From: Eukaryota sp. GEM-RC1
Taxonomy: Eukaryota
DNA: 42,033 bases
Assembly: GCA_040285855.1 (NCBI GenBank)
Contig: JAUFOQ010000017.1
Span: 1,798,001-1,840,033, forward strand
Direction of reading: 5' to 3'
The notes under the pieces are model-generated. The model did not search any database and was not told the origin of the DNA. It saw only the letters and a list, made by a program, of their open reading frames with translations. Positions 1 to 11,362 of this stretch are shown in pieces. The position numbers and the translations under genes are program-made. Each line of letters opens with the position of its first letter. Within the stretch, counting starts at the first letter, position 1.

Positions 1-624
1 CTTGTTACAAAGAAGGGCTTCAACAATGTCTTCCTTCAAGGATGTTCTGGCACCACTCTAAAATATCGGCCTTGAGGTCAATCAAATCATCTGATAGATA
101 CTTATCTAACTTATTTATTGTAACATCTACATTGATTTCCTGGCTTGCAGGGTTATGCAGAGCCTGACTTGTTCTTCTCTGTTATCAAGTCTAGTTGACA
201 ACCTTGTAGGTGATTCTACGGTAAGATGCTTTACTTGGTTGTAATGATGCATATTCACCAATTGGATTTCCTGAAATACCGAACTATGTAGATATTTATT
301 ATGGAAATAGAATTATCCGAATTCATCTATTAAATGTAAAAATTGTTATAGATGATTATAAAATTAAAGATTATAGAGACTACGCCATTTTTGATAAAAA
401 ATACCAATTCAACTATGATACGCAAGGAATCTATGGAAGGACGATAATAAAGATAGTCTTAAAAACATACAATACAATGTCAGTGAAAGTTGGTAGGAGT
501 GGATATCCATGAATGATGTTTGGAATCCACCATCCACGTGGATCTCAAGTTTTTCATCCATTATGGATGGATGGTGGATGGATGGTGGATTTGGTGGATG
601 GTTTTTCATCCATTAACAGCCCTA
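1..624 (-). mobile_element. hAT DNA transposon remnant (one end only; other end outside window)
   Basis: Ends in CAGCCCTA (617-624), the same terminus as the hAT at 8792-9848, with GGATGG/CCATCC subterminal repeats (500-612). Minus-strand translation near 1-130 gives ..NKLDKYLSDDLIDLKADILEW.. and ..LKEDIVEALLCNK, resembling the hAT C-terminal dimerisation region. Confidence 0.7.
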
Positions 625-1276
625 CTTATATTCATGCCAAACTCCAGTACCATCTCTAGTTGGATCTTGGAAGATGATCTGGGCCTTAAAGCAACGCATG
701 AAGCTAGAACAAATGACTTAGAGTGTTCAGAGGGGAATTTTATTTTCAAGTAAGGTTTTAAGTTGATCTTAACAGTATAAAAGTTCTTCAAACTTTAAAA
801 GCTCATTCAATCAAATGTATGTTTGTTGCATCTTTATCGTTAAAAACAACCGAAGTAGTACAATTTATAGTCAATCAAGGTTCCAATTAATCTTAGTAGT
901 ATTCGGATACCATTAAATCAAGGAGACGCACTAATGTTTGTAGAACAAACAAAAATTGCCTTGGGCACCTAGACACTGCATTGTGCTATTATTTCCTTGA
1001 ATACTAGTCTTTCGTGAGTTACAACTTTGTACACACGGAATTCAAGCACCTTCAAAAACTATGATGGCTAAAGTCTTTCAGACGACTAGTTGATGAAATC
1101 TGTGGAAAACTCCAGTATTGCTCACTGCTCATTTATATCGAAACCCCTCTTTCCAAAAAATGTAGTGAGTTTATTAAGGGTAAACATTACAAGCACACTA
1201 TCTCTACTGCTTGTAGGTGATTGCTTGGCGACTGCTTGTTCTTGAACCAATGTTTTCGAAATAGATCAGTGCCTAC

Positions 1277-2285
1277 CAGGGGTTTGAAATACGGCATGGA
1301 CCCATATCCATAATTCCCCATAATGGCCATACCATAAGTATGGAACGTCAAAATCAATTATGGCTATTCGTCCCATATCATGGCCATATATGGGGGTCCA
1401 TAATTTCTAGATTTCAATTAACCAACTTATGGGGAAACAGCAGTAATAAATACATTTAAACAGTGGATTTTAGGGTTCTGTGATCGGTAAAACTTATAAA
1501 ATATATTCCTTGACAAAAACTGTTGATCAATTTTGCTAGGATGAGTGGAAATAGTGGTGTTATTGTTGTCAATTAATTATCTTAACACACTATCCAACCT
1601 CCCCCAAAACAGTAGGCTCGAATACCGAGTCTTGACCAAGTTACTGATCGTTGTCAAGTTTGGGCCTCAGTAGAAGTAAGTCAAGAGGTAGAAGCCAGTG
1701 ATTCAGTTGCTCAAGAATATAGCAAAGCCGAAGAACAAACTACATTATCGTTTTTCTATAACATAGTTTTTCGACAGTTACACTATTTGTTGCCAAAAGT
1801 ATTTTCCATAAGTTTTTGCAACAATTAGTGTTACGTACACTAATTACTGTAATTTGTGTAGAAGGAAATGAGAAGTCAGTGTTTCCCATTTCAACAAGTG
1901 ACAGTAAACCCAACCCAGTCGAACGACTCTTCAGTCGTGCCCGACAGCTAATGGTTTTGTTATGGTTCTCTCTAACTAATGCAAATCTTGAAAGGCAGCT
2001 ATTTCAAATGATGTACAAAGACCAGTGCGACCAGGAAACTGTTTCATCCATTTTGAGAGACGACAATGATGAAGAAGAGGTTTTTATAGATTGAAAGTTC
2101 AGATATGTTATATAAGGTCTGATTCCTTGTTATTTTTTATTGAAAATAAACTGTATTGTTGTTGCTGTTGTTATGGGGTCCATAATGGCCATAAGTATGG
2201 GAAGCGTAATTGATTATGGCCATTATGGCGGCAACTGATTTGGACACAATCCATAATATGGCCCATGCCATATTTCAAACCCCTG
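1277..2285 (+). mobile_element. Non-autonomous hAT transposon (~1.0 kb)
   Basis: TIRs CAGGGGTTTGAAATA(C/T)GGCATGG at both ends, 8-bp TSD GTGCCTAC (1269-1276 and 2286-2293). Internal ORF 1816-2094 has VERLFSRA..SLTNANLERQLF, a hAT dimerisation-domain relic. Confidence 0.93.
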
Positions 2286-2372
2286 GTGCCTACTCACTTT
2301 TGAACCAACTTTTCAATAATCATTTTTACCCACCACACCAGTCGTCTTTCGGTCTTTTAGTGCCACCATTCG

Positions 2373-3218
2373 ATGACTGACTGTCCTGTTTGCTTCAATT
2401 CCTATAACCTGACTGACTTACAACCATTAATCATCTGTGAGGAAAGTCATACAGTGTGTGCTTCCTGTTCTTCTCTACTTGATTCTTGTCCTTTCTGTCG
2501 ATCAGAATGTAATTCTATAAAACATCCCAATTATGCTTTAAAACATGTAATTGAAGCAATGAAGTGTGGAGATTTATGCCCTCAAATCTCCTGTGAGCAA
2601 ATCAACCTCCGAGAGTTACTTGGCCAAGGCGGTTTTGCTTCAGTTTTCCCTGCTGAGTGGTTTGGATCCACCATTGCTGTTAAGAAAATCCTTCTTACCG
2701 AGAAGGGGGAGACGTAAACTTCAGAGGGAACTCAGCCTTCTCATTAAGCTCAACCACCCTCTTATTCTACGTGTTTTTGGCTTATGCTACTTCCCCACTT
2801 CGGAAGTGGGTATCCTGATGGAGAAAGCTACATCATCACTACCCTGTCCCAGTAAGATCTCAAGAAAAACTCTTCGATATGCAAAAGAACTGTGTCATGG
2901 GGTTTTGTTTCTTCATTCCAATTCCATTGTACATGGCGACCTTAAACCTGCAAACATTCTCTTAGTGTCCGATGCTATTAGAATAGCTGATTTTGGAACC
3001 TCTCGAAATCTTCAAGCAACTGCCACATCCACCACTTCCTTTGGACTTACACATAAGTATTCTGCGCCTGAACAGTTTGACAATATATTATCTCCAATGT
3101 CTGATGTATTCTCTCTGGGAATTATTTTGTATGAAATGTTGACAAATCATGAGGCTTTTCATGGTCTTACTGCCACTGCTATGTTTGGTGCCAAAATGAA
3201 GGGAAATTTGCCTCCGTT
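2373..3218 (+). pseudogene. RING-finger TKL-like protein kinase, 5' part (interrupted gene)
   Basis: CPVC..C.ESHTVC..C..CPFCR RING; kinase motifs GQGGFASV, VKK, HGDLKPANIL, DFG, YSAPE, SDVFSLG. One frameshift in the G-run near 2705. Coding stops making sense after LPP at 3218. Confidence 0.92.
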
Positions 3219-3648
3219 GTTTTCATTTTGGGTGAATAATACTACTAGTAGTACTAATACTATCCCCATTTTACCAATTCCCCCACACACCCAATTCCCA
3301 CAAACTCTTTTTACTTATGGGATACACTTTTGAGATGCTCTGGGACTCAAGACTCGACTTAACGAGCATGTCTGTCCACGCTTCGGAAGTCATCAAAGTG
3401 AGGACTGTTTGGTCCTTTCTCTGGATGGGGACGATCCAACTTTTCTTCCTTCCTTGTCTCGCAAAGTACGATCTCTCGCTGGATAAACAGCGCATATTCT
3501 CCTTCTTCTGATAATCTTTCATCTTCTCATTCTGACCGTCACAAGTTGAAAGCACATGTCGACTTGGAAATCTTGATTCATTATGTTTTTCATAAAGTTA
3601 AGTCACTTATGTCAGTCTATTGTCACTATCTATTGTCTTTTAGTTGAC

Positions 3649-3936
3649 ACAAGATGTGCAACACAAGATGTGTTTTACAAGATTTGTAATACAACATTTG
3701 TAATACAAGATGTGTTTTACAAGATGTGTAATACAACATTTGTAATACAAGATCTGTAACACAAGATGTGTTTAACAAGATGTGTTTTACAAGATGTGTA
3801 ACACAAGATGTGTTTTACAAGATTTGTAATACAACATTTGTAATACAAGATGTGTTTTACAAGATGTGTAACACAACATTTGTAATACAAGATCTGTAAC
3901 ACAAGATGTGTTTTACAAGACGTGTAATACAAGATG
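3649..3936. repeat. 14-bp minisatellite (ACAAGATGTGTTTT/ACAAGATGTGTAAC variants), ~20 copies
   Basis: Directly visible tandem array overlapping the 3' end of the PIF1 reading frame. Confidence 0.9.
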
Positions 3937-6479
3937 AAACTATCAAAATTACCTATATTGGCTAATCTTTTCAAAATTAAATATAATTCAAATAAAACAC
4001 ACATACCAGTCTTTTCATCATTTTTCAAATATTCTTTCAAAACATGAAACAATTCCACAAGCACATCACTACAATAACGTTCATCAACATTATCCCTATT
4101 AATCACATCGGTAATGTAACAGTTTCTTATCGTTTTCACTTCCATACTTGATGCAGATTCAGATCCAATACAATCTAATACATTATCGACAATTGACTGA
4201 ATTCCAATAGTTAAGTCCACTCTCAATTGTTTTGAAGTAGCAACACGATCATACTCCAAAATAGGAGACAGTGATATTGTTTCATAAGTCACATTGTCAG
4301 TTTGTTGATATTCACATATGGAATCACATTGATCATTTTCAACAATACTTTCAGTCTGAACTTCCTTGAGACAAAATCGTTTTTCATCATCAATAAGAGG
4401 AAACACTTGGGAACTTTTTTCTTTCTATACCAGCACTGACATTCTTATTTAATAATAAATTCTTCGTTGGTAAAGGGGTTTTCTTCAAACGGGGAAGCGA
4501 TGGTAGAGTAATGTTGCCTCGTGGTAATTGAGGAAGTTTAGACTTTTTTACATAAATCTCTGGGGAATTTTTGTTAAAAATTGAGTCACAATTAATAAAT
4601 TTGGGGGGAATATTAGTTTCATCTTCTTCATCATTTACCACAAAATCATCTAAACTTGTTGAAATTGTATCACTATCAGATTCATCACCAGAATCAGATC
4701 CTGATAGTACAGCTTCTGTTTCAAATAAATTTGATTTTTCGAAACGATTTTTTTCAAAGTCAATAATTTGATTATCATTATTTTCAATAATTTGTTCATC
4801 AACATTATCAACAACAACTTCATCAACACAATGAACAATTTCAGGAACAACAACATCATCCATAATTGGTTCACTTGATTCTGCACAAAAGTTTGCAAAC
4901 AATGAATTAAAATGATTGAAATCTCGTTGAAGACAATGTTGATTTCCCAAAACATACAAATCAATAGTGGATGGCTTAACAGGATGAAAAGTTGAATAAT
5001 ACCATTGATACAATTCCAAATTTGGTACTGGATAACTTCTTCCAATGCTTAAAATCTTTAAACTCCTCCAAGACCTAACCCTACTTAAGGTCACATAAAG
5101 TTGGGCATATTCCCAAAACTGAATAGCAACTTCAATCCCGTCAATTGTTAAACCTTGGGATCGATGCACTGTTATCGCCCAGCAAGGTCTTAGCGGAAAC
5201 TGAATTCTTTTCGCCACTTGAACAGGTCTTCCGATTTCGTTCAAGTGTTCGATAGCAAACCTTGACTGACTGATTCTTTTCGGTTCTGCTTCAGCGTTGA
5301 ACCGAACATCAATATATGTATCTGAAAAATTAACAATAACTCCTTTTGAACCATTAACTAATCCAAGTTCAGGCTTGTTTTGAGTGTACATCACTTGTCC
5401 ACCCACAACGCAGTCTAGTTTTTTTTCAGCAAAGTCATCCAAGCGACTTGTCAGCACAGAAGTTTCAATGTCATAATATTTTCCCAAATTAGATTCATTG
5501 ACTGGAAATCTACAACTTCTTTTTCTAATTTGAGATTTTAATTCAGATTCATTGAATTTGTCAACAGCTACAAATTCAATTGAATCTGAATTTTTGGCCA
5601 GAATTTTGAATTGTTTTAAATTTTCTCTAGCAACATCAGTATTCCTTCCGTATAAAATTGTTGGTTTTCAACAGATTCTGCTGTTTCGAAATGAGTACGC
5701 AGAATTGATTTCATAAAATTATCAAAAAGACCCAATCTCAATTGATTTAGAAAATTAAAAAATTGGGAATCTGATTGCTGTCGAATACTACCAGCCAGTT
5801 CACAATATTTAAAATTTAAACTGTTCCAAGCACTTGATGAAAAAGCGAAATCAGAAATTACGACTTTTCGATTTCCTTTTCCATCAAGACTTTTCACAAC
5901 AGGGGCTAATTGAAGGAAGTCCCCAAAACAAATTATCTGAATTCCTCCAAATGGTTTCTTCGGGGAGTGACATTTTTGCGTGCGCATAAGTTCGCCCAAA
6001 ATGTCACTCGCCCGTTGAAACAATTTGGAGGACAACATTGAAATTTCATCAATGATTAACATTGAATTTTTTGGAGTAATTTTTTAACAATAATTTGACA
6101 TTTGATGGCATACATTTAATAACATCATGTATGGATTCTTCTTCTTTCATAAACTTATAACCAAACAGTGAGTGTATGGTCTGTCCACCAAAAACAGTTG
6201 AGGCAACCCCAGTTGTTGCAGTGAAGAAGATTTCACCATTAGCACGCATGAGACGAGATCCGGCGTTACTCCACCAGTATTTGAGAGCATGCAAAAGATA
6301 AGATTTTCCTGATCCTGCACCACCAGTGACAAAGAAGTTGTGTCTGCTGGTAGTGATTGCGTTAAAGATCTCACGTTGGTCATCTGTGAGATTGATGTTG
6401 TGTATAGTGGTTGGTGCCATTGAGTTGATGGATTGTTTGAGCGCAGGGAAACTTGGTCTTCATCAAATTTCTCTTTCAT
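3717..6479 (-). CDS. PIF1: PIF1-family SF1B DNA helicase with acidic C-terminal tail (split by frameshifts)
   Basis: TGGAGSGKS Walker A, ATTG..GGQTIHS, LIIDEISM Walker B, PFGGIQIICFGDFLQLAPV, IRQ, GLVNGSKG, RIQFPLRPCWAITVHRSQGLT, QLYVTLSRV across ORFs 6049-6420, 5616-6062 and 4390-5487. Continuation into 3717-4406 is inferred. Confidence 0.92.
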
Positions 6480-6582
6480 GTTAGCCACAGGTGTTAGTGA
6501 AGTGTTACAAGATCATATTATTTTATTTATAAACATCTTTTCCCTACCCTTTGTAGCCAAACGGTATCAATAATTATTGTCC

Positions 6583-9500
6583 ATGATGGTGAAGAAAAGG
6601 ACTACTAACCCCCCAAAAGCGGGAAACAAAACTAATCGTAGAAACAAACCTTTGACTAGATCTAAGTCTAGCTCCAAAGTGTCTTCCCGTCGAAAGGAGC
6701 CATTGGTTCCTGAGACAGAAGAGTCAGTTGACTCGTCGGAATTTGAAAGTGACCCATCTGAGGATGGATGCCTGTCTGAGGACGGATGCCTATCTGAGGA
6801 TAGAAGCCCCACTTCCCACAAGGAGGTGACGGAAATCTCACCTGAGGTTGGTGAATCTACTTCTCGTAGAGTTGTAGATGTTCAACCTGAAGGTGGATGC
6901 CCATCTGAGGATGGAAGGACTTCGTCTTCCCGCAAGGATGGCGAAGTGGGTTTGGATACTCCCTCTGTAATTTCAGACCGTATCCCAAGCTTGTTAGAGA
7001 AGTATAGAGTAAGCGATGCTGACAGTAGCAGTACTCCGCATTCCGAGAGTCATGATGTTGTTGTAACAGCGTCTCCTCTCCCTATTCTTCCCTCGTAGAA
7101 ATAGTTTTAATAAAGAAAGCATTCCCGATGTTGTTCCAGTTCCTCAAAAGAGGTCAACTGAAGTGGTTGAAGAGATTCGCAAGTTACAGGAATCTCTCGC
7201 CAAAGAGCAGTCTAGAAGACTCGAAGCAGAACAGAAGCTTCTTGTTGAAAAGGAACTTCTAGCTCGTAAGATGAGTCTCTCTCCAGAAGATCAAGGCAAC
7301 AAAGTCGAAGAGCTAGTTGGGTCTATTGAGGAACAGCACTTCCATAAGGATGCTATCCCAAATAGACTCATACCCTGGGTAAGTCCACAAGACAACAGCG
7401 TTGGTATCTCTGATTACGACATGTGGCACTTGGCGAAGTTCGCTCCTTGGCATCCTGTCATCCGCAACCGTATGCCTAAAAGACGGCACTATCTGTTGAG
7501 GAACGTTCCTCCAGGTATTTCCCCTCAAGTTATTGAACGCTTTCTGGGTGATTTGTATGATGGAGATGCTGGGGATACGTATCGTTATCCCTCGGATTAC
7601 TCATGGGATCCTCGTCATGGTATCTTGATTGAACCATTGGAACCTAGTTTCGATGCCGATGGTAGATACGTTACGTATGCTTACTCAGCGTGGTATTGTC
7701 AAAGCTTGAGCAATCAAGTCAAGACGTATCCCAACGTTGCTGTTAGTTCTAGACACCTTCCCGTTGGTCATAGATATGAAAACCTTCCACAGTCAACCTT
7801 TGAAGCATCAAACACGACCTTAGCTGTTCCTGATGAAGGTTCTGTGGTTGTCCAACAGTTTAGTGGCATTGGTGGATCTCAAAAGGTCCTTCCTGTTGCT
7901 CATGGTGCTTTACGAGAAGTTGGTACACTTCTTCCCAAGCCTGAAGAGCTACGTCAAACTGCTCGCCTTTCTGCTTACGTTCCTGGTGAACCTTTCCGTC
8001 CAGAATCTGTTGACCGCTTCACTGATGGTTGACGTGATATTCTCTCAACTAGAAAGTTTGATGGAGAATTTGGAGACGTTGATCGGTTTGTTGCCAGTGA
8101 AGAACATGAAAACGTTTACCGTGTAACCGAGAACTTCACTCGTGATTTGAACCAAGAATCAACAGTCATGTCGAAAAAAGAACTCGAAGAACCGAAAATT
8201 CGACATAGAAACGAGTTGATTGCTGAAGCCAACAAAACCAAAGCAGAAAGAGATAGACAATCAAACAAGTTTCCTGATTTGTCTCCATCGATTGAAAATC
8301 ACATCGATCTTAGTCAATCCTCTGAAGATGAACGTCCTGACAACGTCCTTCATGATTCTGTTATTCTCTCATCTGGTGTGACTCCTCCCAAGAAGATCAA
8401 GAAGAAAAAAGACAGAGAGCCGTTCTTGAAAAACGACACTCGTTATGAGGTTGTGAAGTTTATTCATGACTTCTTTCATTGGGCCATTCATGTCAGAAAT
8501 CAAACTGAACGTTTCGATTATGACCTCTGGATTGGTACTCCTTTGAACAAATTCGACCTTGCTAGGACAGCATTGTGTGAAATTGATCCAGCTGGCATTA
8601 GTCATTTCATAGATCAAACAACTTTGAATGATTGGAAAATGTTAGATTTGATTGGTACTAACAACAGTAGTCAGGTACTTGAACAAAACATCTGGCGTTT
8701 ATTGATTAACAAGAGTCAATACTCATCAACTACAACAGCCATTGATGCTATTAAAGAAATAAGATTGGGAAGCTCCAAAGACCCTGCTGAGTAGGGCTGC
8801 CAATGGGAGATGGGAGTTTCTCCCACTCCCAACACGTGTTCTCCCACTACCACTCCCACCTCCCACTTGTCATAGGTGAGACTCCCACTCCCACTCCCAC
8901 TCCCAACAAAATCTCCCAACTCCCACCCAACTCCCATTTTTGTTTCTTCTAGTACAATGACACTTTACTTTATAAACATAACAATCACTAACTCTATCTC
9001 TGAACTTCGTAACTTCGTAACAACACACACCCTACCTGAGAAATTAACTGCTCACTTGGCACTGATGAGGCTTGTGCTGTCCTGTAGTTCTTAGCACATG
9101 CTGATAGTCGTGGTTACCTGTTGAAACACGACACATTTTCTTTCAAACCAAATTCAGTAATAATTTCTTCGACAGCATCGGCAATGTTGATGGCAGTGTG
9201 GTTTTCTTTTGAGCGCTTAAAACCGAAGACGTGAGTGTTCATTTCCAGTCTTCAATACAGTGAACTGTTACCCCAATAAAATGTGTGTTTGTATTCGATG
9301 TCCACCCATCAATCGTAAAAGATACTTTAGAAGAATTACACACCTATTTGAATTTATATATCAAGTATCCTTTAAATAACTCATAAACACTCAACATATC
9401 GTTTCTTATCGTGGTTCTTTTTGGAATTATGAATCTGAAAGAGAGGAAACAGATTCCATAAAATCAGGATGCTTAAACAGATCAGAGATTTCAGGACCTT

Positions 9501-11355
9501 CAGATAAATCAAGCGATGACATTGGTTGAAATTTACAGATGAACAACCACACTCTTTATAAAACGAAAATAAATTAAATACAATAAAGCAAAGACAGTAT
9601 AAATGTGATACACCTAGTCCCATTAATAATCTAGAAAACTTATACCTGTATTTGTCTAGCAAGCTTGTTTTTGTTTTAAAATTGAAGTTAGAGTTGTGTC
9701 TGCAAATGGGAGATGGGAGTTTTTGGGAGTTCCACTCCCACTCCCACTCCCAGAAATTGCTACTGAAGCTCCCACTCCCACTCCCAAGGGTCATGGGAGA
9801 TGGGAGTTGGGTGGGAGTTGGGAGAAATGGGAGAAATTGACAGCCCTACTGCTGAGTGCTTTGACCGATACCTCCGTGGCGTAATTAGCGTTCTCAAATG
9901 TTCCATGGCGATAATAGCTACGTCGAGTGATGAAACTGTCCGAACAAAGGTCCCTGCTTCCACAGTAGCCGAGTTGATGTTAGAAACACTGAATCCTGAC
10001 AAAGGAATTATTGCTTTGAATGAACTTGTTCTTAGATGGGATCATCGTCTCAAAACTGAGGATGATAAGCTACCTCAATTCTTCCAAGAAGTTAGATCGA
10101 TCTGGACTACCTACAAGCGTTCCACAGCTGTGAAGTCCTTATCCACTCCTTCCAGTCGTTTTCCTTCTAGAAATCGAAGAAATCGACCAAATACCACAAA
10201 CAAGCCCCATTCTCAATCTCATGGTACACCTGGAGATGTTAAGTCTACGGTTAAATGTTTTAACTGTGGAAAAATGGGCCATTACTCCACTGATTGTAGA
10301 TCAAAACCTCAATCTGACAGTGATAAGAAGTCCAACAAACGTAGATCAGGTGACAGTCGTAGTCAATCTTTCAGTCGTCGTTTTAGTTCCAATAAACAAC
10401 AGAATAACTATATTTTCAGACTTGCAACAAATAACACATCTAGAGATAATCACACTACACCTCATAAGTACATGAACCCATTGGCTGCTTTGAACACACA
10501 TTCAAGCAAGGGTAGAAGTACATCATCTGTTGAAACAATTCGTAGTCTCAACCAGAACCTAGGGTTCGATTCTAAAGGTAAGGGTCCTTTATGTATTCGA
10601 TTGTTAATCAACAATGTACCAGTAGTAGGAGAATTTGACTCAGCAGCATCATGTTCAGTCATTTCTCAAGATTTGATACGATACTGTGAGATGACAACTA
10701 CTGATAGTTGTATTGAATACATCTCAGCGAATAATATTCGTGCTACTTCCTTAGGTAGTGCAATAGGTGTTTTGACGTTCAACGTTGGCAGCTTGGCCAA
10801 CCAGATTCATGTTAAGCATACTCTACCAGTAGTTCCAGGAACAAAAATTCTCCTCATTGGTAGAGATTTGCAAGAAGAACTGGGGTTGCTTTCGGATGAT
10901 GGTCTAGTCATCAGATTAGATAAAGAACATCGCACTATTCTCAATGCAGAGAGTGAATTTGATGAGAGAATGAGGTCTCCATCAATTTCGATTAATAGAG
11001 TTCAATCAAGATGTTCAATAAATCAACATTCAACACATCTTCCTATTGATCAGTACGGTAACACTCAATTAGATATAAATCTGTTTGAAGAAACCATTGA
11101 CAACTCTGGTTGCACGATAGAATTGGATGATTCTACAAGAAGAACGGAGCTTCTGAGCCTACTCAGTAAATACAAACAAGTCTTTTCAGAAGATATACAT
11201 CCTGATGGTATTGATTGTACACCCATGATAATTCCATTCTATGATGAAAGTGTCACTGTATTTCGTCCTCCTAGAAGGCTTAACCCTGAAAAACAGCGTA
11301 TAGCCGAAGAAATTTTTAATGAACTTATACGACAAGGATGGGCCGTACCATCAAC
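6583..11355 (+). mobile_element. Ty3/Gypsy-derived Gag-protease with RT N-terminus only (truncated), interrupted by a hAT
   Basis: CCHC knuckle CFNCGKMGHYSTDC, aspartic protease motif EFDSAASCSVIS, then KYKQVFSED..PPRRLNPEKQRIAEEIFNELIRQGWAVPST (start of Ty3 RT). Removing 8792-9856 rejoins KDPAE|CFDRYL. One frameshift (~7092) and one in-frame TGA (8030). No LTR seen. Confidence 0.85.
8792..9848 (-). mobile_element. Internally deleted hAT transposon (1,057 bp) nested in gag
   Basis: TIR TAGGGCTG(C/T)CAAT, 8-bp TSD CTGCTGAG (8784-8791, 9849-9856), CTCCCA/TGGGAG subterminal repeats. Minus-strand relic SFTIDGWTSNTNTHFIGVTVH..HTAINIADAVEEII is the first catalytic-D region of a hAT transposase. 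Confidence 0.95.
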
Positions 11356-11362
11356 TGGTAAC

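Noticed and set aside
625..1268. Possible decayed gene between two hAT elements
   Set aside because: Only short ORFs with no recognisable motif.
3271..3593. Small ORFs at the element's left end as a candidate transposase
   Set aside because: Under 100 aa with no HUH, DDE, serine- or tyrosine-recombinase motif.
3649..3936. CRISPR-like or guide array
   Set aside because: Simple 14-bp minisatellite without spacers.
8716..9884. Short PLPLP/WEWEW ORFs
   Set aside because: Translations of hAT subterminal CTCCCA repeats.
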